Shown here: positions 1 to 8,637 of the stretch, in pieces
Position numbering within the stretch: position 1 is the stretch's first letter
Layout of the letters: each line of letters begins with the position of its first letter
Origin: a virus
Lineage: Duplodnaviria; Caudoviricetes
Reading direction: 5' to 3' (one strand)
DNA length: 34,686 nt
IMG/VR virus record: IMGVR_UViG_3300048852_000092
Location: 1 to 34,686 of that record
Program-made: the position numbers and the translations under genes
The notes under the pieces: model-generated
The model's database searches: none
Told to the model about the DNA's origin: nothing
What the model saw: the letters and a program-made list of their open reading frames with translations, nothing else

Positions 1-329
1 CGGCTTTCGCTCAGCATCTGAACTGCAGGAGGAAACCTGCTCGGTCCGGATGTCAGGGGATGGCATCGCCGCGGCTCCCCTCAAAGCATTCGCCCTGAAC
101 GTCGACTTCCCGGATGGGCTCTGAGAGGCTGGCATCGACGACCAGGGTATTGCCCCGCCCCGGTCCTGACCGTTGCAAGGATGATCTTCACGGTTTCGGG
201 AGACAATTGAATACGATTTTATTTTATTGCATGAACAACGGGTGTTTCTCGGCTGCAGGCCGTGCAGTGCCGGCAGCCCGCTGCCGTTCAGGTCTCCCTG
301 CCGGCGGCGGTGACCCGACGGGAGGCAGG

Positions 330-1361
330 GTGTCACCGAAGCCACAGGGCCAGGCCGCCACTCACGACGCCGAAGCCCGCACGCGGCTCGATGCAGCGAT
401 GCTGGCCTTTGGCCTGATCGGTCGCTCCCCGGTCTTCCGCGCCGCGCTGGACCTGTTGCCGCGCTATGCCGCCTGCGACGCGCCCGTACTGCTGCGCGGC
501 GCCACCGGCACGGGCAAGGAGCTTTTCGCCCGCGCGCTGCATCACCTCAGCCGGCGTGCCGGCAAGCCATTCGTACCGGTGAATTGCGGCGCCTTGCCGG
601 AGACACTGCTGGAGAGCGAACTGTTCGGCCATGTGAAAGGCGCCTTCACCGATGCCCGCGCCGACCGCCCCGGCCTTATCGCCCTCGCCGAAGGTGGCAC
701 GCTCTTCCTCGACGAGTTGGACAGTTTGCCGCTGCGTGGCCAAGTGGCGCTGCTGCGTTTCCTGCAGGACCGCGCCTACCGTCCCGTCGGCGGCGGCACA
801 GCGCGCACGGCAGAGTTACGGATTGTCGCCGCGACCAATGCCGACCTGGCCCGGCTCGCCGCCACGGGCAGCTTCCGCCAGGACCTGCTCTTCCGCCTCG
901 ACATCCTTGGGCTGGACCTGCCTTCCCTCGCTCAGCGCCCAGACGACGTACCGCTGCTGGCAAGGCACTTCGTCGCGCGCTTCGCTGCCCTTTACGGCCG
1001 CCGCGCGCCGGCGCTCGATCCGGCGGCGGTGACCTGGCTCGTCGCCCAGCCTTGGCACGGCAACGTGCGAGAGCTCGAGAACGTGATCCACCGCGCCGTG
1101 CTGCTGGCCGGCGATGGACACCTGGCGCTGCCCCCTCCATCGGCGGCAGCCGGGACGACCGCCGCCTCGCTTCTCGCCACCGGGGGCTTGCGCGAGGTCT
1201 GCGCCCGCAGCCGCTGGGAAACGGAGGAGCGCTATCTGCGCGAGTTGCTCACCCTTACCTGCGGCAACGTCTCCGAGGCGGCGCGCCGCGCCGGCATCGA
1301 GCGGCGGGCAATGGGGCGGATGCTGGCGCGGCACGGGCTGGACAAGGCAGGCTTCCGGTAG
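330..1361 (+). CDS. sigma54-dependent transcriptional activator (bacterial enhancer-binding protein, AAA+ plus Fis-type HTH) with no N-terminal sensor domain
   Basis: Motifs: Walker A GATGTGKE, PFVPVNCGAL, ESELFGH, GAFTDA loop, Walker B LFLDE, FRQDLLFRL, WHGNVRELEN, and C-terminal HTH GNVSEAARRAGIER. Start placed at GTG 330 behind GGAGG (321-325). The ORF track start at 114 adds sequence that does not look like protein. Confidence 0.93.
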   Translation: MSPKPQGQAATHDAEARTRLDAAMLAFGLIGRSPVFRAALDLLPRYAACDAPVLLRGATGTGKELFARALHHLSRRAGKPFVPVNCGALPETLLESELFGHVKGAFTDARADRPGLIALAEGGTLFLDELDSLPLRGQVALLRFLQDRAYRPVGGGTARTAELRIVAATNADLARLAATGSFRQDLLFRLDILGLDLPSLAQRPDDVPLLARHFVARFAALYGRRAPALDPAAVTWLVAQPWHGNVRELENVIHRAVLLAGDGHLALPPPSAAAGTTAASLLATGGLREVCARSRWETEERYLRELLTLTCGNVSEAARRAGIERRAMGRMLARHGLDKAGFR

Positions 1362-1384
1362 GCCCCCGCTGGCCGCGGCCCAGC

Positions 1385-4132
1385 TCACGGCACCAGGATC
1401 GGCGGCGTCCGCACCAGCACGACGCCGCTCGGTGGCGGGCCGATGACAATGCCGGCCCGATAGCGGGCCGTGCGCGCGTTCTGCACGACGATGATGTCGT
1501 AGCTGACTTCCTTCAGGAAGTGTTCGATCCGACCGTAGTCGAGCGCCAGGCGGTTCAGGACCGTCGGATCCTTGCTCCGCAGCATGCCTTCGACAAAGGG
1601 GCGCATCTCCTCGGCGCTGAAGGTCAGGTAGGTCGGGCTGAAGCGGACCGAGGCACCGGCGTCGCGATGCCGCCGCATGAAGCCCTCGATCGTGTTGTTG
1701 GCAAACTGATTGGAGAGTTCCGGCGCCTCGAATATCGGATAGCGCTCCAGGCCGGTGCCTGGCCCCTGGAAGTGGTAGCGGATATAGCCCTTCAGCCCGT
1801 AGGCGCTGGCCGGGCGCAGCAATCTCTCGTCACCGCCGCGAGTCAGGGCGGGCGTGACCTCGACGAAAGGCAGCGTGCGGCTGCGTACCCGGATTTTGGC
1901 CAGCATCTCGTTGAGCGACAGCGCGCCGCCCACCCGGTTTCGCGCAATGGCGGAGATGCCCGCCTTGGCGAGGTCGACAACAATATCGCCCCCAGGAGCG
2001 AGGGCGCTGAGCGGCCGCGTCGAGTACTCCGCCAACTTCGCCCAGGTCGCCTCGCGCGCAAAGACCCCTGCGGCAACACCTGTGGCCCTCGCCCCGCCAC
2101 GCACCGCCGCTGGCAGATAGGGCAAGGCCACCAGCAGCACATCGAACGCCGCCAGAACCTTCTTGCGCTCCGCCTCCTCCCGCGCCTGGCGTGCCGTGTC
2201 CTTGCTGATCACCTGCGCGTCCGCGCCAGCAGCGGTGACTTCGGCCTTCGTCGAGGCGGAGAAGGATTCCGAGAGCGACATTGCCATGTTCGCCGCCGCG
2301 TAGACCTCGCTCGCGGCAATGACCGCGGCAGCAATGGGCGCGGCGGGTGTCAACATGGCGATGAAAGCCGCGGCGCCGAAGCCGAGATCTATCAGCATCT
2401 TGGTCCGGGCGGCGTCCTGCCGGGCCTTCTCCAGACGGCGGAAATACTCCTCGACGAAGCTGCGCCTACCCGGCGCCAGCCAGTCATGGCCGGTGCCCCC
2501 ACCGCCGGACAGCAGGTGACCGTGCACCGGCTCCAGCAACTTCCAGTCCACCTCTCCGGAGCCGACCATTCGAAGGAATTTCTGGACCTTGGCGATGTGG
2601 TCGTCGGTGGTTCTGCTGATCGCGCCGAAGGCCTCCAGATCGGTATGACCTGACAGCGCGCTGACCATGGCCAGTTCCCCCCGCTCGGCCAGCACGGCGA
2701 GACCGGCGTCCTCGGCCAGGATGGTATTGGCCAGTTCGCGGAATTCCGCTCGCTTTTCATCGCAGGCGCGCCAGGTCCTGTGCAGCGCCTCCAATGCCGC
2801 GTTGTCGATGAACTCAAGGCCGGGCGTGGTGAGCAGAGCGTCCTTTTCCTTGTTCGGATCGAACAGGATCAGACGCCGGGCGGGTTGGCCGCCCGTGGCG
2901 CCGCCGCCCGCCCCGCCGGCACCCGAGGCTGCACCGGCGGCGAGCGTACCCCCTGGGCCGCCGAAGGGTTCGAAATCAGGGGCTGGGGGCGGAGTGCCCG
3001 GGGGCCGCAGCAGGCCGGAGCCGTCCACCTGGCAGACACCGATCGGCGCCGTCCGCAGCAGGCTGTCCCAGCTCTGCAGGAAGTGGACCAGCGTCGCCGT
3101 GTTCACCATGTTCCGGACATCGGCCATGGGCTTCGGCACGGTGCTGCGGCTCACCTTGCGGGCGGGGTCCTCGACGCCACCGGCCGAGGACTGCGTCGGC
3201 GGTGGTGCCGAGCGGTTCTGCGCCTCGGTGCGCTTGAGTTCAGCGCGCAGGTTCTCCAACCGGGTGAGCTGCGAGGACAGGTGGCTCTTGGTGAAGGACA
3301 CGGTGTCCGTAGCAAAAGCGGAAAGCAGGGTACGGCCCGCCGCGGTCTGGCTGATCTTCTCGACCTCGACCGAGCGCCGCCACAGATCCTGGTAGCTCTC
3401 CGGCTTGCCGTTCTTGCCGGGGGTGGAGGTCACGGGCGTCGTGTCGGCGATTGCCTCCGGCAGGTCCAGGCCGAACTCGTTCCACATCCGCTCGAGCCGC
3501 GAGTTGAAGGGGATGAGGCTGTCGAGCTCCTTCTTGAGCGGGTCAGCGCGGCTGCGGTCCACGGCCCGCGCGATGGCGCCGCGCCGGTCGGCACCCGCCA
3601 GCCTGCGTTCCACATGCGCCAGCTCGTGCGCCAGCAGCCGCCGCCCCTCGGCGCGCTCCGGTGCGTACTGGCCGGCGCCGAAGGCGATGTCCTGCCCGAG
3701 AGTGAAGGCGTGGGCGCCGAGGCTCGCTGCCGCCGCCTGCGCGGCCGTGTCACGGTAGATGCGGACGTTGGAGAAATCCGCGCCCAGGCGCAGCTCGTAG
3801 AAGGCCCTCAGGCCGGGCGGCAGCGGCTCGCCGCCCGTCCCTGCGGCAATGCCGGCAGTGCTGGCGGCGGGCAGCAGGGCGTCGGCTTCGGGGGCGCGCA
3901 TCACGCGCTCCGCCGTCGCCTCGGCCTGCCGCTCCTCCGGGTCATCCGGAGCGCCCACATACATCTTGGCCCGCAGCTCGCCGCCACGCAGCAGCGCCTG
4001 CATCGCCTGGTTGTCAAGCAGCGACGGGGCGGCACCGGCGCCCGGTTTGCCGTGGCTCGATGCGGCCGGGCGGGGCGCTGCGGAAGGCTGTGGCTGTCTG
4101 GCCGGCGTCGCGGCCCGGGCGGAGCGCGTCAT
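1385..4132 (-). CDS. DUF4157 (eCIS core domain) protein with hydrophobic helices and a C-terminal putative toxin domain (Ntox4-like nuclease)
   Basis: DUF4157 signature LGADFSNVRI..AHAFTLGQDIAFGAGQYAP..GRRLLAHELAH, preceded by DDPEERQAE. Hydrophobic stretch LGFGAAAFIAMLTPAAPIAAAVIAA. C-terminal RYHFQGPGTG..APELSNQ..N..IEGFMR. Confidence 0.85.
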   Translation of the reverse strand: MTRSARAATPARQPQPSAAPRPAASSHGKPGAGAAPSLLDNQAMQALLRGGELRAKMYVGAPDDPEERQAEATAERVMRAPEADALLPAASTAGIAAGTGGEPLPPGLRAFYELRLGADFSNVRIYRDTAAQAAAASLGAHAFTLGQDIAFGAGQYAPERAEGRRLLAHELAHVERRLAGADRRGAIARAVDRSRADPLKKELDSLIPFNSRLERMWNEFGLDLPEAIADTTPVTSTPGKNGKPESYQDLWRRSVEVEKISQTAAGRTLLSAFATDTVSFTKSHLSSQLTRLENLRAELKRTEAQNRSAPPPTQSSAGGVEDPARKVSRSTVPKPMADVRNMVNTATLVHFLQSWDSLLRTAPIGVCQVDGSGLLRPPGTPPPAPDFEPFGGPGGTLAAGAASGAGGAGGGATGGQPARRLILFDPNKEKDALLTTPGLEFIDNAALEALHRTWRACDEKRAEFRELANTILAEDAGLAVLAERGELAMVSALSGHTDLEAFGAISRTTDDHIAKVQKFLRMVGSGEVDWKLLEPVHGHLLSGGGGTGHDWLAPGRRSFVEEYFRRLEKARQDAARTKMLIDLGFGAAAFIAMLTPAAPIAAAVIAASEVYAAANMAMSLSESFSASTKAEVTAAGADAQVISKDTARQAREEAERKKVLAAFDVLLVALPYLPAAVRGGARATGVAAGVFAREATWAKLAEYSTRPLSALAPGGDIVVDLAKAGISAIARNRVGGALSLNEMLAKIRVRSRTLPFVEVTPALTRGGDERLLRPASAYGLKGYIRYHFQGPGTGLERYPIFEAPELSNQFANNTIEGFMRRHRDAGASVRFSPTYLTFSAEEMRPFVEGMLRSKDPTVLNRLALDYGRIEHFLKEVSYDIIVVQNARTARYRAGIVIGPPPSGVVLVRTPPILVP

Positions 4133-4135
4133 GAC

Positions 4136-6571
4136 TCAGGGCTCCGGCGGGCGGCCGAGGCGGACATATTCGTCGAGGTGCCTGCCCTCGATCAGCTCCC
4201 CCTGCGTCCAGAAGCCGGCGGCGCGCCAGTCCGGCGCGATGACCACCTCGAAGGTGATGTCGCGGGTCAGCCAGGCCGGGTCGCCGGTGGTGGCGGCAAG
4301 CACCTCCCGCATCTTTTGGATGTTGTGCGCCAGCTCCGAGCCGGCCGAGCCATTGCTGGACGCGTCCAGCAGACGGTAATTCGCCATGATGTCGAAGCGG
4401 CCCTCGCCGCCGATCGGCGTGACCTGCATCTCGATGATGTGGTCCACCTCCATCTTCTCCGGATGCGCGCCGAGACGTGACCACCAGGGGAAGATGACCG
4501 CCTCCGGGCTCAGGCCGAGCGAGGCGGCGCGCGAGTAGACAGCAGCCGGGATCCGGCCCGGCATCAGCACGGACCAGCGGTATTGCTGATTGGTGTCGCG
4601 GGGGCGGCCGGGGCGGTGCTGCAGCTCGCCAATCCGCGCGGCGTAGACGTCCAGGTCCCCCGCCTTCACGCGGGGCAGCTTGAGGACGACCGGCAGGCGC
4701 CAGCGCCGGCGCTGGTCCTCGTCCTCGCGTGGGGTGGGGCGCGGCTGCGGTATGGGCCACGGCTCGGGCACCGGGCGCGGCGCGGGTTCAGGGACAGGCC
4801 TGGGCGCGGGTTCCGGCGAGGGGGGCGGTGCCGGTCGCGGCGCGGGCTCGGGTGCGGGTCGTGGCGCAGGCTCGGGCGAAGGGCGCGGCGCAGGTTCGGG
4901 TGATGGCCTCGGAGCGGGCTCGGGCGAGGGCCGCGGTGCAGGCTCCGGCGAAGGCCGCGGCGCAGGCTCGGGCGAAGGCCGCGGTGCAGGCTCCGGCGAA
5001 GGGCGCGGCGCGGGTTCTGGCGAGGGGCGAGGCTCAGGCTTCCACACTGGCGGAATCTCCCGCTCGCCGAGTTTCCGCTCGATCTCCTCTTCCCCCAGTT
5101 TCCGCAGTTCGCTGACAATCCACTTGATCAGGTTGACGATCAGCCAGCACAGGGCGAGCAGGACCAGGAGAATGGCGCAGATCAGCAGCGCCTCCACGAT
5201 CGCGGCGAGCAGGGCGGCGGCCACCAGTGGCCCGGCGAGGATCGCGGCAGCTTGGCCCGGCAGCGGCTCCACCTTCACATCGGGCAGCGCAACCTTTGCC
5301 GCCGCGCCGCCGCGCAACTCGCCATAAAGGTCGTTCAGCCGCCCGCGCTGGGTCGGCGGCACCGGAACCGCCTTGTGCCCGGCCAGCGCGATCAGCAGGT
5401 TGCTCGCCTCCTGCTTCAGCTCGGCCGGCGCCAGCACCGTCGGCAGGCCGGACAGGCGGCCGAAGGCGGCATGGCCACGATAGCCGCGGTAGGAAACGCT
5501 CTTCTCGTCCACCAGCGCGCAGAGCGCGTCGTAGCGCGAGCCCTCCATCTCGACGAACATCTTGTCGAGCGCCGAGCTGCGTGCGCTCTCGCCGACGCCG
5601 TAGTCGAACCAGTAGGTCCAGCGGCGCAGGTCATCGAGGAAGACGTCAAGGTAATTGCCGCCGTCCACCGTCGGGATGCGCGCCCATCTGCGCAGGACCT
5701 CGATGACCTCCCATTCCTCGTCCGCATCCACGATCACCTCGGTGATCTTGTCCGAGACCCAGTCCGTGTCGCGGTGGATCAGCCGGCGCGCCACCTCGTC
5801 ATAGGCCGCCGGGTCCTGCATCAGGATGCTGCGCTGGACGGGGTCCTCCAGCCCGGTGAGCATCGAAATGACCTTGGCGGCGGCGATGGCGGCAGGGTTC
5901 GGCGGGGCCGGTGCAGTCGGGCCGGGAGTGGCGGTTGTGGCAGTGGCGTCCCCCGCCGGCTCAGGCTCGGCTGCCTGGCGCTGCGCCGCGGGTGGGGCCG
6001 CCTGCGGCGAGGCGCGTGCCGGATGCCCCTGGCGCAGCACGGCGGCGGCGGTCTCGGCCTCGCGCTCCAGCATGGCCACGCGGGCAGGGTCCTCCTCCCG
6101 CGCGCTGGCCCTCCCACTGCCCTGCTGGATGGTGTGCGTCGCCTCGTGCGCCAGCAGGCCGAAGCGCCGCTCCCCGCTCAGAGTGGCGCCCCGGCTGCCG
6201 AGATAGATGTTCTGGCCAATGGTGACGGCCAGCGCTGCCTGGCCGTCAGCGTAGGCGCGCGCGGCGCTGTCCTCATGCAGGCGGACATCGCCCATCGGCC
6301 GGCCGAATCCAGCCTCCAGCCGCTGCCGCGCCGGAGCATCGAGCGGCCGGCCGGCGCCACCGGGCACGACCATGCCGCTGGCCGCCGCCGCGGTGCCGGG
6401 CGTGCGCATCGGCTGGCCGCCGATCGCAGCCTGGCGGACGGCGGCCTGGACCGCGAGGTTGCCCGCCGCGCCCAGCGGGGCCGATTGGCGCCGCGCACTG
6501 CCGCCCCAGCTTGGCCCGAGCGGCAGCGGTGTGTCGCTCCGTCCCTCCCGCACCGGCATGCGCCCTGTCAT
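4136..6571 (-). CDS. DUF4157 protein with a transmembrane segment, Pro-rich linker and C-terminal HNH-like nuclease domain
   Basis: GNLAVQ motif and DUF4157 signature GRPLDAPARQRLEAGFGRPMGDVRLH..GQNIYLG..LLAHEATHTIQQ..LEREAE. Long hydrophobic helix, EPAPRPSP repeats, then VDHIIEMQ..NYRLLDASSN. Confidence 0.85.
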   Translation of the reverse strand: MTGRMPVREGRSDTPLPLGPSWGGSARRQSAPLGAAGNLAVQAAVRQAAIGGQPMRTPGTAAAASGMVVPGGAGRPLDAPARQRLEAGFGRPMGDVRLHEDSAARAYADGQAALAVTIGQNIYLGSRGATLSGERRFGLLAHEATHTIQQGSGRASAREEDPARVAMLEREAETAAAVLRQGHPARASPQAAPPAAQRQAAEPEPAGDATATTATPGPTAPAPPNPAAIAAAKVISMLTGLEDPVQRSILMQDPAAYDEVARRLIHRDTDWVSDKITEVIVDADEEWEVIEVLRRWARIPTVDGGNYLDVFLDDLRRWTYWFDYGVGESARSSALDKMFVEMEGSRYDALCALVDEKSVSYRGYRGHAAFGRLSGLPTVLAPAELKQEASNLLIALAGHKAVPVPPTQRGRLNDLYGELRGGAAAKVALPDVKVEPLPGQAAAILAGPLVAAALLAAIVEALLICAILLVLLALCWLIVNLIKWIVSELRKLGEEEIERKLGEREIPPVWKPEPRPSPEPAPRPSPEPAPRPSPEPAPRPSPEPAPRPSPEPAPRPSPEPAPRPSPEPAPRPAPEPAPRPAPPPSPEPAPRPVPEPAPRPVPEPWPIPQPRPTPREDEDQRRRWRLPVVLKLPRVKAGDLDVYAARIGELQHRPGRPRDTNQQYRWSVLMPGRIPAAVYSRAASLGLSPEAVIFPWWSRLGAHPEKMEVDHIIEMQVTPIGGEGRFDIMANYRLLDASSNGSAGSELAHNIQKMREVLAATTGDPAWLTRDITFEVVIAPDWRAAGFWTQGELIEGRHLDEYVRLGRPPEP
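4760..5040 (-). repeat. 24-bp coding tandem repeat, about 10-11 units of EPAPRP[S/A/V]P
   Basis: Visible in the DNA as (ggctcgggcgaagggcgcggcgca)-like units with synonymous variation, and in the translation. Confidence 0.95.
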
Positions 6572-6575
6572 GGGC

Positions 6576-8633
6576 TCAGCTCCCCGCCGCGCTCCGGCCC
6601 GGAGCGGCCATGGCCCCTGCCGGGACCATCCGCCCCTGCCGCGCCAGCTCGCGCGTCAGCACGCCGAGCAGTGCCGGCATGCCTACCGTCCTGCCGGGCG
6701 TTGCCGCCGCGCAGAAGGCTGCCTCAAGCGCCACCTTGCGGATCTCGCCCCCGGTCAGTTCGAAGCCGCGGGCAAGCATGCCGTGGTCCAGCCCTGGGGC
6801 GCAGGGCAGCGGCGGGGCCAGCATGGCGCGCCACAGCCGCTCCCGTGCCGCCGCGTCGGGGCGCGGGAACTCGATGATGTAGTGCAGGCGCCGGGCGAAG
6901 GCCTGATCCAGGTTGCGCGCCAGGTTGGTCGCCAGGATCACCGGGCCGTCATGGTCCTCCATGCGCTGCAGCAGGTAGGCGACCTCAAGGTTGGCGTAGC
7001 GGTCATGCGCGTCCTTCACCTCCGAGCGCCGGCCGAACAGCGCATCGGCCTCGTCGAACAGCAACACGGCGTTGCTGCCGCGCGCGGCGGCGAAGATGCG
7101 ATCCAGGTTCTTCTCGGTCTCACCGATGTATTTGCTGACCACGGTGGCGAGGTCCACGCGGTAGAGATCGAGCCCGAGCCCATCGGCCACTACACTGGCG
7201 GCCATGGTCTTGCCGGTCCCGGGCGGCCCCTGGAACAGCACCGCCAGCCCATCCGGCGCCGCCGAGAGCCGCCCCATGCCCCAGGCATGCTGCACCAGGC
7301 CGCGATTGGCGATGGCCGCCGCCACCTCGCGCAGCCGAGCCAGCGTGACCTCGGGCAGCACCAGATCGTCCCAGCCGGCGCGCGACGGCACCCGGGTAGC
7401 AAGCCGCGCCAGCGCCTGGCCGGACTGCTCGCGGGCCGCGCGCAGCAGCGCGGGCATGGCGGGCGATGCGCCCTCGGCAAGTGCCATCGCCTCCGCCGCG
7501 GCACGGGCGATCTGGCCACAGTTCAGGCGGAAGCGCCCGGCCAGCAGGTCGAGCGTCCCTGCGGGAACTTCGGCGCCTTCGGCGGCCAGGCTCGCTGCCC
7601 AAAGGGTACGGCGTGCCGTCGCATCCGGCTCGGGGAAGCGGATGCGGCGCAAGGCCAGCCGGTCCTGCGGCAGCGCCTCCTGCAGCAGGCGACCGCCATC
7701 GGGCGGCAGGAGAAGCAAGGGCGGCCAGGGCCCGGCGCCGCGCAGCGCCTCCAGCGCCGCCACCAGGCCGGGCGGGCCACGGGCCTCGATGTTCCTGGCG
7801 TCCACCACCACCATCGCCGGCTCCAGCCGGACAAGAAGCGCGAGGCTGCGCGCCAGCGCCGGCCCGGCTTCGGCGGTGAGCATGCCGGCCTCGGCGACCA
7901 GCACCGTATTGGGCGCGGCCAGGGCGCGAGCGGCAGCGAGGCGGCCGACGCCGACCTCGCCTTCCAGCAGCAGAACGGGTGGCGGCTCGCCCCGCCGGGC
8001 ACCGGCCATGGCGTCAGCCAGCGGCCCCGGGTCGCCGCTCCCGGCGGGAAGGCCGGGCAGGCGGCGCAGGCCGACTGGCAGTGGCAGCGGCAGGCCCTGG
8101 AGAAACCGCGCCAGCGCGGGGGCAGCGGCGAACTCGCGCAGCCGCTCGGGCCGCCGCTGCTCGCCGGCGGACAGGTGGTCGAGCAGGCCAAGCCCGGCCA
8201 GCCGGCCCTCCGGCAGCAGCGCCGCATGCAATGCGGCATCCTCCGCGCCGAAGAGCCGCAGGGCCAGGTCGGGGGTGGGCCAGCGCCGGGTGACGTCGTT
8301 GTTCAGATAGGCGAGGAGCGGCTCGTAGCGACGGTCCAGCTCGGGCGCCAGGGCCAGCACCAACACCTCGCGCTCGGCGGCACCAAGGTTAAGGCCCTCG
8401 ACCAGCCGCGCCCAGGGCGAGCCGGGCCGGGGCAGCGGCAGGTCAGGCAGCGCGGCCTCGATGGCAGGCTCGCTGCGGGCGCGCAGCAACGCGTCCACCT
8501 GCTCGTCGCTGATATAGAGGCCGCGAAACTCGTCGAGCGACAGCTCATAGACCGCGCGCAGCCGCAGGATGGCGCGGCGGATCAGCTCGTCGAGGCGATC
8601 GAGTTCGGCGGCGAGCGGTCGGGTTGCGGCCAT
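6576..8633 (-). CDS. eCIS AAA+ ATPase (Afp15/Pvc15-like)
   Basis: Walker A GPPGTGKT, VVSKYIGETEKNL, Walker B LLFDEADALFG, DAHDRYANLEVAYLLQRME, ILATN. N-terminal LALAPELDRRYEPLLAYLNND winged-helix region typical of this family. The first AAA module is degenerate. Confidence 0.95.
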   Translation of the reverse strand: MAATRPLAAELDRLDELIRRAILRLRAVYELSLDEFRGLYISDEQVDALLRARSEPAIEAALPDLPLPRPGSPWARLVEGLNLGAAEREVLVLALAPELDRRYEPLLAYLNNDVTRRWPTPDLALRLFGAEDAALHAALLPEGRLAGLGLLDHLSAGEQRRPERLREFAAAPALARFLQGLPLPLPVGLRRLPGLPAGSGDPGPLADAMAGARRGEPPPVLLLEGEVGVGRLAAARALAAPNTVLVAEAGMLTAEAGPALARSLALLVRLEPAMVVVDARNIEARGPPGLVAALEALRGAGPWPPLLLLPPDGGRLLQEALPQDRLALRRIRFPEPDATARRTLWAASLAAEGAEVPAGTLDLLAGRFRLNCGQIARAAAEAMALAEGASPAMPALLRAAREQSGQALARLATRVPSRAGWDDLVLPEVTLARLREVAAAIANRGLVQHAWGMGRLSAAPDGLAVLFQGPPGTGKTMAASVVADGLGLDLYRVDLATVVSKYIGETEKNLDRIFAAARGSNAVLLFDEADALFGRRSEVKDAHDRYANLEVAYLLQRMEDHDGPVILATNLARNLDQAFARRLHYIIEFPRPDAAARERLWRAMLAPPLPCAPGLDHGMLARGFELTGGEIRKVALEAAFCAAATPGRTVGMPALLGVLTRELARQGRMVPAGAMAAPGRSAAGS

Positions 8634-8637
8634 GGTC

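Noticed and set aside
1362-1384. Bidirectional terminator between the convergent genes
   Set aside because: No convincing stem-loop or U-tract in the 23-bp gap.
7930-7985. Degenerate Walker A (GEVGVGRL) suggesting an inactivated ATPase
   Set aside because: A degenerate first module with an intact second AAA module is normal for this ATPase family.
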